From NCBI GenBank assembly GCA_051362555.1, contig CM120641.1:9734001-9798000 (forward strand): DNA of 64,000 bases, read 5' to 3'. The notes under the pieces are model-generated. The model was not told the origin of the DNA. It did no database searches and saw nothing but the letters and a program-made list of their open reading frames with translations. The position numbers and the translations under genes were made by a program. The DNA is from Lingula anatina (taxonomy: Eukaryota; Animalia; Brachiopoda). This document shows, piece by piece, positions 39,101 through 51,600 of the stretch (positions are counted from its first letter, which is position 1; each line of letters opens with the position of its first letter).

Positions 39101-42100
39101 ATTTCTGCATGGAAAAAACTATTTAAGTCCCAAATAAAATCAGTTCAGTAACTTATCATTTATTCCATAGCTCATTATATTTTTATTTGTTGACTTTCAA
39201 TTTAAAGGAAAAATTAAAATGTAGGTTTTTATAAAGAATTGTTTTAAACATGATTGTCTTTTGTGATCAGGCAGCAGAACAAGGGGACAAGCTGACGGAT
39301 TTGGACTGGATATTCTGAATAAACTGAAAGATGTCAAGGCTAAGGTAAAAAGAATATTACATTTGTAATTGATGCTTTCATCCACACATTTTCATTAAGT
39401 TTATTCACCAACTAGATAATAACACACATTTCATTTTGTTTTATTTGTGGACAATTTTGATGACGGTTTCTAGCTTCTATTGCTTTGTCACCTTATTTGT
39501 GATTATTGGGTTTCCAAAATGGTGTATATTACATAATGTCATAGTGTGTAATTAGAACGCTTCATAGTCTCATAGTCTAATTCAACTTATATCAGTACTC
39601 ATATAATATATATTAGCCAAAGAAGCAAAGTGCAATGAACTCGCATGATAAACTATTATATGAAGTTGTGTCTGTTCATTGTATTAAGTCCCCGTCTGTC
39701 ATTTCCATCTCCAATGCATGCACACACACACATACACACACGCACACACACACACACACCTTTAAACACCAAAATCTCAGTGGTCACATTTCTCACCCCT
39801 CCAGGACAATTCCATCAATCTGCTCCATTACCTGGTGAAGCAGTATGTGCACAAGTTTGAAGGGGAGAATGCAGGCACAGACCATGTCTTACTACCAGTG
39901 CCTGAACCCAGTGATATCACCCAGGCAGCTATAGTACACTTTGATGATACACAGAGGGAACTGAAAAAAATCAAACAAGACTTGGAAGGTAAGTTTTTTT
40001 CATATGGTTATATATTTCATGGAATATTTATGCATATTGGTAAGGTCCTTAAGGAAATATGGATTATTATCTAAATGATTTACAGTTTTGAGAATTGGAG
40101 TGTTCTAGATGGGGAAGGTATAAGAATAATGCCCTCCTAAAAAAAAAAAAAAGAGGGAAGGAATGCAAAACATCATGGTTTTTCTGTACTTTGAATTATT
40201 TGATGATTTTTTTAGCTTGTGACAAGAAAGCCCAGACTGTGATCAAACAATCTGAAGAGGCAAATAAGCAGCCATTCAAGAGTAACATGGAGAACTTCTG
40301 CACTAGAGGTGATTAAATTTATGTCTGATATGACAAATATATAGTAAAGATAATGACAGAGAAATCAAGTGAAGATATTAAGTGTTTTGTAAAGGGATGT
40401 TAGTGAATTTATATCCATGGATAGATAGTAAATATTTGTAGCTTTAAGTTTATTTGTAGGATTGCATTTGTGTGGGTTATGAGTTTATATATATTTAAAC
40501 ATTTAGAAATGTAGGTGTAAATAAAATATTTTGCATTTCAAGGTAAAAAGGAATTAAAAGAGCAAGAGGAAAACCTTCAAGATTGCAAGAAAAGGTGAGT
40601 CGATGTTCATTTAATTAAATCACACTCTTGACATTTCATAGAGTTTGAGGTCTGTTCAGACTTGGACCACTTTAGACTGGGGAGAGGGGGAAAAAAAGCG
40701 AATGTCAAAATAAGATAAGAGTTTTCTGGATTATTCAGAAAAAAAACCTGGATATTTGGATCCCCCATAAAGAGTTGGTGTCTTCAACATTTGTATTTTC
40801 AGAATGATTAAAGGTCCGCTTTTGTCTCTGCTCAAGTGTTTGTGTCTGATCTAACCTTTAAACACATTCCTTTTTGAATGAAATATTTTTCAGCAATTTT
40901 TTTAAATTTCACACATTTAATGACACATTAACAGACTTTTATCATCAGTTCAGTCATCAGTATTATATCCCACAGATAGTTTTTGATAGCCCCAGATGGT
41001 ATCTTGGTCTTGACAATTCATGTGTACACTTATTTTTATGCGCATTTTCAGGTTTAAACAAGTTTTGGTATATTTCTGCCAGCCATTAGAAGGAAAGGAT
41101 GGCAAGCCTTTGCTGCCTAAGGATTTCTTTGCACACTGGGTTCCCTTTTGTGGTGACTTTAAAGATTCATGGAAGAAAGAACAACAAGCAATAATTAAAG
41201 AAAGGTATAAGCAGCATATTTCTTGATGAGAATAAATGAGGTATTAGAAAATTATAAGATTTAGATTAAATTCCTATATATCAAAATATATTCTGGGCAT
41301 TACTGAAAAATTGCTGGCAATTTATTATTGATCTGTTCTTTTGAAAATTTCAGACTTCAGGAAGCAAAACGGAAGGTTGATAAGATCAAAAAAGAGAAAA
41401 GAGTTTCTTTAACTAATACCAGAAATATTAAGGCAGGGGGACTGGTAAGTTATATAATCATATATTTACTTTTTTATTATTATTTTGATGATCTGGATTT
41501 TTTTTTTTACTAGAATGGAACAGTGTACAGGATTTGGGACTGAAAAAAAATACAATAGTAGACAGATTGATCCTTAACATTAAAAATTTGGTCAGATTAA
41601 TTAAGTTGAAGATTCAAATACCAGTATGTCTTTGGTGCATTTTTCTATGTATCTTGATACATGCAGAAGAATTTTGAAAAAAAAAAGTCTTGTCAGTGAC
41701 ATGAAATCTTAAACTACAGTACCTTGTTCAATTTTTAAACTTGTTGCACCCAACAATGAGTACATTTCGTAACAGATGTTGTGACTGCTATAGAAGATTG
41801 TACAATCTTTTGTGACTTGTTTGTAATTTTACCTTCCCAATGTATTTATGTCTTCATGTCACAGAGCTTTTTAAGTGTAAGGCTGACAGTGATTTATAAC
41901 ACACAAATCTCCTGTACTATTTTATACAGATACAAGATACTTCTTTGAACTGAAGGTTGCTGTTTAAAGCTATAAATATTCAATGAAATCATGAAAAAGG
42001 CATATATTATATACTAAAATTAGAAAGTTTCTTTCAAAGGTGGTGTTAGATTAAGATATTAATAATTAAATGTTTGAAATGCTTTATATCTGGTAAGGTG

Positions 42101-42208
42101 AAAATATAAAGTTTCTGTAGAAAGTTATATACCTCCTTTTTGAAAAACTTATCCAATTTTCATTGTCTTTTCCAGAAAGCCAGGTTGGCAAGTAAAGGTC
42201 TTATCTGA
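20063..42208 (+). CDS. FMN2: Formin, FMN/Cappuccino subfamily (formin-1/formin-2-like), about 2011 aa
   Basis: 19 coding exons join in frame (6036 nt incl. stop): 20063-23723, 31657-31829, 32614-32755, 34700-34761, 35291-35933, 36407-36509, 36661-36799, 37100-37187, 37815-37876, 38128-38207, 38507-38636, 38937-39009, 39271-39344, 39805-39988, 40216-40308, 40543-40594, 41052-41204, 41354-41444, 42176-42208. Polyproline FH1 at about 35730-35900. FH2 motifs [40 protein letters not shown] (FMN-type), [38 protein letters not shown]. Basic C-terminal tail [13 protein letters not shown]. In-frame TAG at 20036 precedes the ATG. Co-orthologue of FMN1/FMN2/capu. Confidence 0.92.
22335..22790 (+). repeat. 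CAG/CAA/CAT-rich coding repeat (Gln/His-rich region of the formin)
   Basis: Translates to multiple QQQQ and HQ runs. Confidence 0.85.
24025..24351 (+). repeat. Local tandem duplication (two copies) containing an (ATT)n microsatellite
   Basis: Copy 1 at 24025-24214 and copy 2 at 24215-24351 share identical flanks (TCTACAGCATATGTAG... and ...GATTTAGTAGAACAGATGTAAAAG) and differ in the central microsatellite. Confidence 0.9.
26442..29176. mobile_element. Non-autonomous TIR DNA transposon (Sola-like termini and TSD), 2.7 kb, in the first formin coding intron
   Basis: Left end GGGCATTTTTACAATCCTGGGC (26442-26463) is the reverse complement of the right end GCCCAGGATTGTAAAAACGCCC (29155-29176) with 1 mismatch. 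ATAT flanks both sides (26438-26441, 29177-29180). Repeated internal motif TGTTTCGGAA(T/A)GGAC. No transposase ORF. The superfamily call is inference from GGG...CCC termini and a 4-bp AT-rich TSD. Confidence 0.8.
26955..27014. repeat. Perfect inverted repeat (28-bp arms, 4-nt loop)
   Basis: ATGTTAAAAAAATGTCCTTTCCGAAACA-GGGA-TGTTTCGGAAAGGACATTTTTTTAACAT. Confidence 0.95.
29750..29763. promoter_or_regulatory. RFX X-box motif
   Basis: GTTTCTATGGCAAC fits the X-box consensus RTHNYYWTRRNRAC at all positions. Function unproven. Confidence 0.4.
33160..33430 (+). repeat. Degenerate ~100-bp tandem repeat (about 2.6 copies)
   Basis: TTTGGACAATTTTATTGAAACATC recurs at about 33229 and 33328. GATGTACAAG...TGCAA...AAAATTCCAC-like blocks recur at about 100-bp spacing. 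Confidence 0.8.
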
Positions 42209-42452
42209 ACCTTGCACCAAACAAGTAAGTAGGTTTTGACTTTTAACTATGAAATAAAAGTAATAAAGAACAAGTTTGATGTTCACGGGAGAAGAGGGAT
42301 GTGTCAGCATAATGCCAGTTAATCAGGTTGTCTTTGGACCTAATTTAGGCCTATTTTCTTTCTAGTGAAACCTTCTTCTCATGAAGACCTTAATATGCGT
42401 AGTTGAGCACAGGCTAATTAATTTATCCCTTATTCCCATGTTTTTATATTAA

Positions 42453-42674
42453 ACTAGAAAAGCACTCCGGGAGTGCAGACCTCCGCCAAGGCAGCATTTT
42501 TTTTATTATTATTGATTATTGATTGATTATTGATCTGGATCACCACCAAAAACTAATCATCCCTGGCCCACTTCTGACAGTTCCTGAAAATTTCATCAAA
42601 ATCGGTCCATAACTTTTTGAGTTATGTTGATGACAGACAAACAGGGGTGAAAACATAACCTCCTTGGCAGAGGT
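42453..42674 (-). mobile_element. Short Helentron-associated element (HINE), unrelated in sequence to the one at 5117-5945
   Basis: Subterminal inverted repeat ACCTCCGCCAAGG (42479-42491) / CCTTGGCAGAGGT (42662-42674). Stem-loop GCACTCC-G-GGAGTGC (42462-42476) beside the CTAG end. ACAGACAAACAG microsatellite remnant. AA (TT on the minus strand) flanks. Confidence 0.8.
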
Positions 42675-45600
42675 AATTATTTTTTAGCCTTTGTTCTTTG
42701 CATTTGTAATCTTAGTTAAAAAGTTCGATAACAGTTACTATAGGTAAATGTTAGGACCAATTTGTTGAAATTTTTTGTTAACCTTGACCTATTTTTCAAG
42801 TGACAGGTAATGTAACCTGCGAAACTGATCACTGATCACTGATCAAGGGTAAGAGTTAGCCAGGAGCTTTAAGATATGTAAATGCTCCATAAATGTTTTT
42901 GAGTGAATTGATTTAGACATTCCCTGGATGCTTTAACTCATCATTTTTTATAATCTCATGTCTTACAAACCAGCAGGGGTGATTGTTAAGTGCCAGGGAT
43001 GATTCTATAATTTTCCACATTAAAATAATTTTTCTACATTCTCTTCCCCCTCTCTGCCCTCTGTTTGTTTCATGCAGGTTGTTTTTATATTTTTTCCCAA
43101 AAAAATGTGGGACAGTGGTAAGAGAAGTAACATCTCCCACATTTTATTAGGTGTTTCCCCTAGGGGTAAGACAGATTTTAACTGTGCTTGGGGGGGGGGG
43201 GGTGAACAACAACCACTAGTCCTTGCTGGTATGCTGAGAGAAGTTGATACAAATAAATAGAATCTAGACTTAATATTTTGAGCAAAATTTATTATCAGTT
43301 TCCATGTTTAAATCATTTTCAGAATATAAAACTTCTTTCAGACTACATCTTCTTGACAGTGTTTCTTCTGCTTTCTAGACATTCCATAGTTTAGCTCTCA
43401 TTCTGCCCTGTTGATTCACCTGTGTTCCACCTTTACCCTTCATCTTTCATATTCGGTGAAATAAGCCATAGTGCTTGAAATTTTTTGATTCAGTTTCTTT
43501 AAACTTCCGCATCATATAAACAAATCTTTGTTGTAATCAAACAAAAAAAGATGATATTATCGCTCCTGAAAAATAGTCTGTGTATTTCATTGCACTATCA
43601 CAATTGTTACATCTATCACAGCTATATATTTGACACATCATCTTGTTTACATATACTTCTTATCTGGCCTTAGTCATAGAAATGATATTCAATATTCTTC
43701 AGGCTACAGTGCCTTTGAAGAATACAAGAGCATATTTGTTAGTAGGGGCCAGTTAGAGATGTCATGTACCAGCACATTTACAAGTTGTCTTCAAGAATGT
43801 GATGGCATGAAATAGCTAGAATATTTATTGTATGACAGTATTGACAGCTACATTAATGTCCAGGACATTTGTCAACATCGTGTGACTACATGTAATAAAT
43901 ACAGTGTCTAATTCATTTCTGGTCAAGGTAGATTAAGTCGTCATAAAAGAACTGTTTTATTTATGGTGGAAAGATCAGAGGTGAGGAAGAGTTGGTCTAC
44001 AAATAACTGGCCCTGAAAAAGGGAACAAGAATTGTCAGGTTTCCCAACTGCACTGAAGCAGAATGATTGGAATAAAACTGTTCTGAAGTTTTTTTTCAAT
44101 CAGATTTTTTTCAGTCTTAAATCATAGTAATATATAATTGCATTATTCTTGCCATAATGCAAATTGACAGTTTCATGTTTTCTGTATATATGCCTCTTTA
44201 ATTTTTATCCTTCCCCCTCTTTTAATACACGCTAAAAAAAATCAAATCAGAAATAAACTGGGGCATGTAATTTTCTTTTAACTTCTATGCTAGAAACTTT
44301 TGTCCGATCTCTTTTTTGGACATAAAAAGGAGCAAGACCTTATTGATCATTTTGATAATTTTATGAAATTTACACCTCAGCGTTAATACATTGTTTCCCC
44401 AGCGAGCAATGGCAACATTTGCACTTAATGTTTTACCCTCCACATGATATCACCTGCAGCACTTCAGTTACATGGAAAATTTACTGATGAAATAGTTAAA
44501 TTGTAATCCAATCTTCCCCCTTAACTACCCTACTCTTAGTGGTGACAGCCCTGGTTGAAGTTTCATCCTTTCCCATCAGTATAGGCATATTATTAGATGT
44601 GCATGTACTTTGTTACAGCACACTTCTGAATCAAAGGAGTTGCAATTTTACAATTAAAGTTGATTAGGCAAAGCATGCCAGTTAAAATGCCATTGCAGTT
44701 TGACAGGCAGCTTAACTAGAGAAGCAGAACTTGCAGATATTCAGAAATACTGAGCGAAATATTTCACAACAAGGCAGGTCATATTGCAATCAAGAAATGA
44801 TTATTACTCTAAAAAGTACTGCACATCATTTCTATATATATATATATTTCCCTGTGCAGAGATAGTGGAGAGTGGTGGGGATGGCTCCGTATACAAGAGG
44901 GAATGTATGAGAGGTCAGAGCAGACAAATGCTATCATGATACTGTGACATAACCTAATGTCCAAGCTGGACACTTAACCCAATGTTAGTGCCTAGCACCA
45001 CAGAGTCTGCAGCCATTCATTCGTCACTGTTGTGTCTCGACAACAAATAGGCAGAAATGGTACTGCTGCCTCCACTAAGCCTTGTTATCTACTAATAAGG
45101 TATTGATACTTGTCGCTGGCAACACATCCCACAATGTTATCATCTTCTAATGATCAGATTGACATGACAGTGACAAAGGGCTGTAGGGTAAGATGAAGCT
45201 GTCACATTTCAAACCCAGACTGAGTTTTCCTACCTCTGTCTCTCTCTCTCCTCTCTCTCTTTCTCTCTCATTACTGCTTATCTGAAAATGAAGCGCCAAA
45301 GTCTACGCGTACACGCCCAACTTTGGGGATTGTCCAAAGTGGCGACAAAACTAAATCTGATAAAAGTTTTATGGCTGGTGGAGGTAATGTAATCTGTTAC
45401 AGAATATCAGTCAGGATTGAGGACTTGGTTGGTGTTAAAGGATTGGCAGAATGTCATCTCATCGCCTTCAAGCTTTGTATTGTGAAGACGAAAGGATGAG
45501 ATTTTTGTCTTTACTTTACAGAATACTAATGAATTAAAGAATAGTATCTTGTGAAAAAAGTCCTTATGTGTAATATTGATTTATTTATTCCAAATAAGTG

Positions 45601-48600
45601 TTTTTATGTATAGTAAAAAAAGCTTTTTTTTATATTTTTTAGAATGGGCTATAAGAAGCCTTAACTTATTTCAAAACTAAAGAGATGTAAAAAGGATTTA
45701 CAAGATAAAAAATGTAGCATATATAAGTTGATAGAAAGGTGAAGACAATAGTAAACAGAAAAAGGAAGGCAATAGACATACAATTTTACATTCATTTAGG
45801 TAAAATGCAGAGTGCTGCAACAAACTAAGTATTATCCCTTTATGGTAAGCATTTAAGATCTCATTAAAATTGTGTTATTCAAAGAACCCCTTCCATTTAA
45901 TTAAATTGTTGTTTTGGTATTCTGTAACCAAGGCCCTGTGAGGAATTAAAATAACTTTTTTCTTAAAAAGGCTATACCATATGAATCCTAAAATGTTGAA
46001 TTGCATATTATCTGTGTTAATCATCATTCCGTCTTTTTCTCTTTATTCTCTTTCCTCTCCAGTTTCTAGGCCAAATGTTTTACTTAATACACAGTTATTG
46101 AAAGAATATGCATAAAACAACAGTTATTGAAAGATTATGCATAAAACAGACCTGAAGTCAGCAATTTCAGTGGGAGGTCTTTTTCTGGGTCTTTTTCTGA
46201 AAAAGTGGACCTTTTTTACTCTTAGTTGGCCCAGTTAAGAAATGCCACAGAACCTAATTTTTTTTCTGGGCCTGGATATAATGTTACATACAAAAAGGGT
46301 TGGGTGTGAACAAGTTTTGTTTTTATCAGCATGTCTAAATAGATTAACAGATTAAACCATATAAAAAGATAATGAAAAAAAATAAAAACATTTGTATGGG
46401 AAGCTTGACTCCATAATATCACTGTGCTCACATACCCTGGTGCAATCTTTGCTTTATATTCTTACGCCTATGATTATTATTATTTTATTTTAGGCACATA
46501 GATGATAGAGGAAGGGTGCAACTTTCAATAAATAGATTGTCAGACCAAGAGACAAACAGGCAATTCTTACACCATGTCTACAGGAGTGTGCAGTAAAACA
46601 GAGTTAGCTGAGGAAAGACCTTCCACTGAACTGGTTTGTCAAGAGATTTGGATTATTTACGTGCAATATATACATAAAACGTATATATAGATAGATATAT
46701 ACATATTGCTGCTGCAGGTTGTCATATGGATTCATTCTGTGATAATTCCTAAAACATTTTTCATCAAAAAGTGCTAATGGGTATTATTGACGTCATTCTC
46801 TTAGGGTTGATACAAGCTGTCTACTTTTCTAATGTGACAGCGCGTTCTTCTTTTATTTAGTGCACAAAGTAATCACTGTCGTTTTGTATTTTCTAGTAAT
46901 AAATTGATAAACAAAGCATTTTGCCAGTTTGTCAATCATTAAACTCTTATTATGACATCTTATTGTTTACACCTGAATGTTTTGTAAGAAAACTGTTAAT
47001 ACTTGTAAAAGCAGGTGGTTAACATTATACTTTAATACCTACTTATAGCTAGCCTTCGTTAATGTCTAGCTCTTTAATTCCAATAACTTTGTGGAATTGT
47101 GAAATTAAATTTATGTTTAACTTTCATCTGTTGTCTTGACTTCTTTGAGATATGTAGCAAACATTAACTTATGAGACCAACTGTAGTTCGTTTGTGAAAA
47201 GCGTAGAAATGGATGGAAAAAGTTTTAAAGGGAGGAGACGAACTGGTCAGCTTTTCATTCTTTTTCTAGGACGCAAACATAACGCCCCTCTTTCTCTCTC
47301 TCACACGTGTATGCGCACACACGCAAACAACACACTGGCTCCGTGACCTGCAATTGTACTTTGGTTTCATCGCATTGTAATATCATATTATTAAAAATCA
47401 AAACCCATGGCGCCTGTCTCAGTTCATTTTTCATCTTAAGGTAATAATCTTGTCTCCTTCACCTGCGAAATCTTAAAAAGATCAACGAGTCACTGTCATT
47501 TTTCTCACCAATATTATAAGCCAGACTGGTTGCCTATTGTAACATTCAATCTAGACAAGTCGTTGGTAAAATTACAATAACTGTCATCCGTCATGATCAG
47601 ACCTACAGTAACAATAAGTAACGATTATTTGTCTCAGTGGGCAGGCTAGCGTGGGAAGGGTTTTTTTTATAGAGGTTGAATAACCCTTGGACGATGCTAT
47701 GATCTACGGAGGTAGATTATATAGAATTTTCTTTGGTTTAGTCATCGAAGGAAGAAAGCTAATTACTTGTCTCCCAGCGTAGTAAATCTCTGGGAAGGCA
47801 TCAGCCGGGGAGGGTGGTTATCTCTAGAATGCCCCGTGTTGGTGGTGCCACGGTGCCAGTGCTGCTCGACACTTCTGGCATGCACAAATATTATGGATGG
47901 ATTCCTATGCGTTCTTCTAAGGACAGAGCTGCGTTCAAGCACTGCAGCCGACGTACTGGAGTCACACATGTCAGCCGAGTGGATTTATGAGGAGGGTTGG
48001 ATGGAAAATTGGGCAAACATTAATGATAGCAGTCTGTGATTCTTCTGCCATGCAGGTAGACTAATGAGATCTTCATTTCATGAACAAATGTTGATTCTGC
48101 AATATCCCTATCATTTATACCTCTTAAGTCCTCAGCAAATGCCACAAATCTTCATACAAACACATTGGAGGGAAAAGTCAACTGATAATTCGAGATTTGA
48201 TTGTTGAGTTTGTTTGCAGACAACTTGAGATGTAGGCAGTACTAGACTTGTGGTATTTGCATACGGGAGCCTGATGAGTATGGACAACCTCCATGGAGTA
48301 AGGCATTTCTTACGGAGGGGAGGGGGTACACCCTTAACATTCCCCACCCACTTTCAATAAAAGGGTGAACCGCCTTCTGCTTGCCTGTCGCTTTTTGGAA
48401 TAATTTTTGATGAAGTCAAATTTTTTATGGCAAGTAGACATATAAGTTCCATTTGTGATATGCCGAAAATCACCGGTAAATTGCTGAGGAATATAAGTCA
48501 TTTTACGCGAGCTACAAATACCTGGAAATCGCATGTCCTGATATCTCGGAATGTAGACATTAAAGAGCATCTGGTATCACAGCGTTAAAAATCAAGGTAT

Positions 48601-51600
48601 AAAACCTATAACAGAACAATTCTTCCACTCGTACTTTAGTGTTTAGTCATTAGTTATTATTTTGTATAGTAAGTGAAAAAATTTGAAGAATTGAATATTT
48701 TTTCTTTTTTCTTTTTCAATCAGTATCTTTAAGATTTACAAAGGACGGTGCCCTTAATCTAGATCATTCACACAGCACAGGGCGATTAAATGCCAACTTT
48801 TCGTGTGAATTTTTATTTAAATCGATCCCATTGCGTGTGTTTCCCACTGCCGCCCCGTCATACGCACGCGCGCACGCACGCACGTGTGCACTTTCATCTT
48901 CACCTAGAGTTGCGTTAACCTCAGATATTTCAAAATTGTGGAAGCAGTCGATCTTTCTCTAAGATGGCGACCGGGTAATATCAACTCACTTCTATATGTA
49001 CGCTATTTCTTTTTCATCAATAATAGATACGAGCTCATTCACAAATTATAAAGCCACACTCCTACCCAATAAATGAACGTATAAACTACAAATTCTTAAA
49101 CGATCATAGGTTGGAGCAGTATAGTTTTATACAGTGTGTAATTGGTTACAAATCTCTCTCACACACACCCTCCTCCAACATAAAAAAAGAAAGAAAGAAA
49201 AGCAAAATTGCGTGCACTCATTGAACCTGAACGTTGATTTACAGTTAGTCAATAGCCAATGATACCATATCACGCAACTGGACGCGTGCGTGCAATATGC
49301 CATGACGAGGATTGGGTGCCCTTCAGCTGATGTCGCATTGATACACTTATAATAGCGAACAAATTAGAGCTTCCAGTCGCTAAGGTACATAAGCAAATCT
49401 ATGGCCTATTTGCTGTGTGTATTTGTCTTCCATCAAAAGCAACCCCTGGAAACTGTTTGAGACAACCTCAGAAAATTATCAGACGTGTTTAAGATATCAA
49501 TTGTTTTGAATGGATGTTTTTGTATATAGTTAAGAGTGAACAATGAAACAAAATGAAAGATGGCATCGCTGCCGTTTATAGACGTTAAGATATAATGGCG
49601 ATTTTCCAATTAGAAACGATAAGATCGGTATTGTAAGATAAGAGTGCTTACATCTATGTTGTTGAATTATCTCAAAAGCACGCGCGCTACTAGTTTTTGC
49701 ATTAGAACCTATCGTAGTATTCATTGTGTTGTGTGCTTACAAAGAAACTTAATTCCGCATCTCGCATTTTCGTTGATGTGCCAATCAAAATAATTACTAT
49801 TACTTTTTCGCCTCGACAAGTTAAAGTATATGATTAACTCATTCTGTCTTGTAGATCCACCTTATTATTAGATGTCGTATCGTCTCTCAATCTGATGCTA
49901 TCGTAGGGCTTGCCCGCCAACTTGGGTGGGGTGCCCGAACGTAAGACAGAAGCCTGGATGAAACGCGGATATTAAGAGAAACTTATACGATTATTTTAGG
50001 GACTGCCACTGTAATTTCATTGTCATTTACTGACGCATGAGAATGCCCCACCAAGAAATAAATACCCTCACATTATCTGAAGAGTTTAACCCTAAATCCA
50101 TGCACGTTTTTCTCGTTTCCTGGATATATAGTCCATGATTGAAATGGTTCTTTGGGTGGGTCTTGAGAATGTTTGCTATAAATATGGATTATAATATGTA
50201 TATTCACCACGACAGTAAATTGTTTCTTTCTTTTCTGTATTGTTCTTCACTAAGTAAAGTGTTCATAAACAATAGGACAAGATATCCCGCCACCGACGTG
50301 GGTGGATAACAGGTACTACATCAAAACGCCAGCGAATGTTGAATTAAAACTACATATACACGCCCTTGAAAATACAAGGAGACACTATTTGAGCGCGTCT
50401 TTATGGATCCCTGGTTCTATAAAACAGCACCAAATAACATCATGATTCTGTACGCTGATTGCAAGACAATACTACACACACACCCGTAATAATGGTACAC
50501 GTAGTAACTTTATAATAACTAAAAACTACATGAAATAAAATTTAACATCCACGCAGTCTCAGTTCCATCTCATAGTATTTCTGGATGTGTCTCACAACCA
50601 CCACTGGCTGACCATTTTACAATGCATTTCATGCCGCATTTGTAGAAAACTAATTTTGTAGATAAGTTCGTAAGAGGCATCTTATATATTCTATGTACTC
50701 TTGTTCATCTCGAAAGTGTTTTTCTACCAGTGTACTTCTAGGAGCAAGGCAAAAAAAGGAACCAACTCGGTCGCTGCCTATAGCAAAGTGAGTCCGGCGA
50801 GTCCAGCCGCTCTCTGTTCTTTTTTGTTATCAGAAGCCGCTAGTCCGCCTCATAAATAATACTGCCCTGATGTTTAAATTTCAGCTGGCTCTCTTAGTAC
50901 AATCGTTAAAAGAACATCTATCTGCATGTACCTGGAACGAAAACATAACTACCTATGACACAACAGTAACATGATACACTGCGTCCTTTCCCCATTAAAA
51001 GAAACAGATATGATCCATTTTTGATGCTAACGTGTTCACCGTCCCACTCGAGTAACCAAAATGACCATCTGTGGTTTCGAAAAAATAATCGGCATTTTTT
51101 TTAAATGCGCCATAGTAATATGTCTGTGTAGTTTTTACAAGCAAACCGTTGTCCAGAAAGTAATAAAATTGTATGCTTTGTCTGGAGATGATTGACTCAT
51201 AACACAGAAAAACAACGCAACAAAAAAATCTCTACTTTGCGTACTCTCTTCAAAAATCTTGTGCTAATTTTTCCCTATCCTGACCCGAAACAAGCTGTGT
51301 AACAGTATTATAGTAACACCAATGCATCAGCGCACAAAACATCGCATCGTTTAACTTAGTTTCCTTTTCGCCAGATCTTGTTAATCTATAAAATTGATTC
51401 TAGCTTAAGATAGGTCGGGTAAGGTAGCATATTGTAAAACGTACTAATTGTTGTATTAAAAATTAGATTGAAGGCGCTTTATGCTACAGACACTAAGGAT
51501 AATCATCGCCCTAAATACTCCCCCCCCCCCCCCCCCCAACACACACACACACACCTCATGTTATCTTGCTGGAAGCAGACTTCACTACCATTCCGCCGCT

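Noticed and set aside
47760-48570. Several short ORFs in GC-richer intergenic DNA between formin and gremlin
   Set aside because: No recognisable protein motifs or consistent splice structure. Possibly a decayed repeat, but I cannot assign it.
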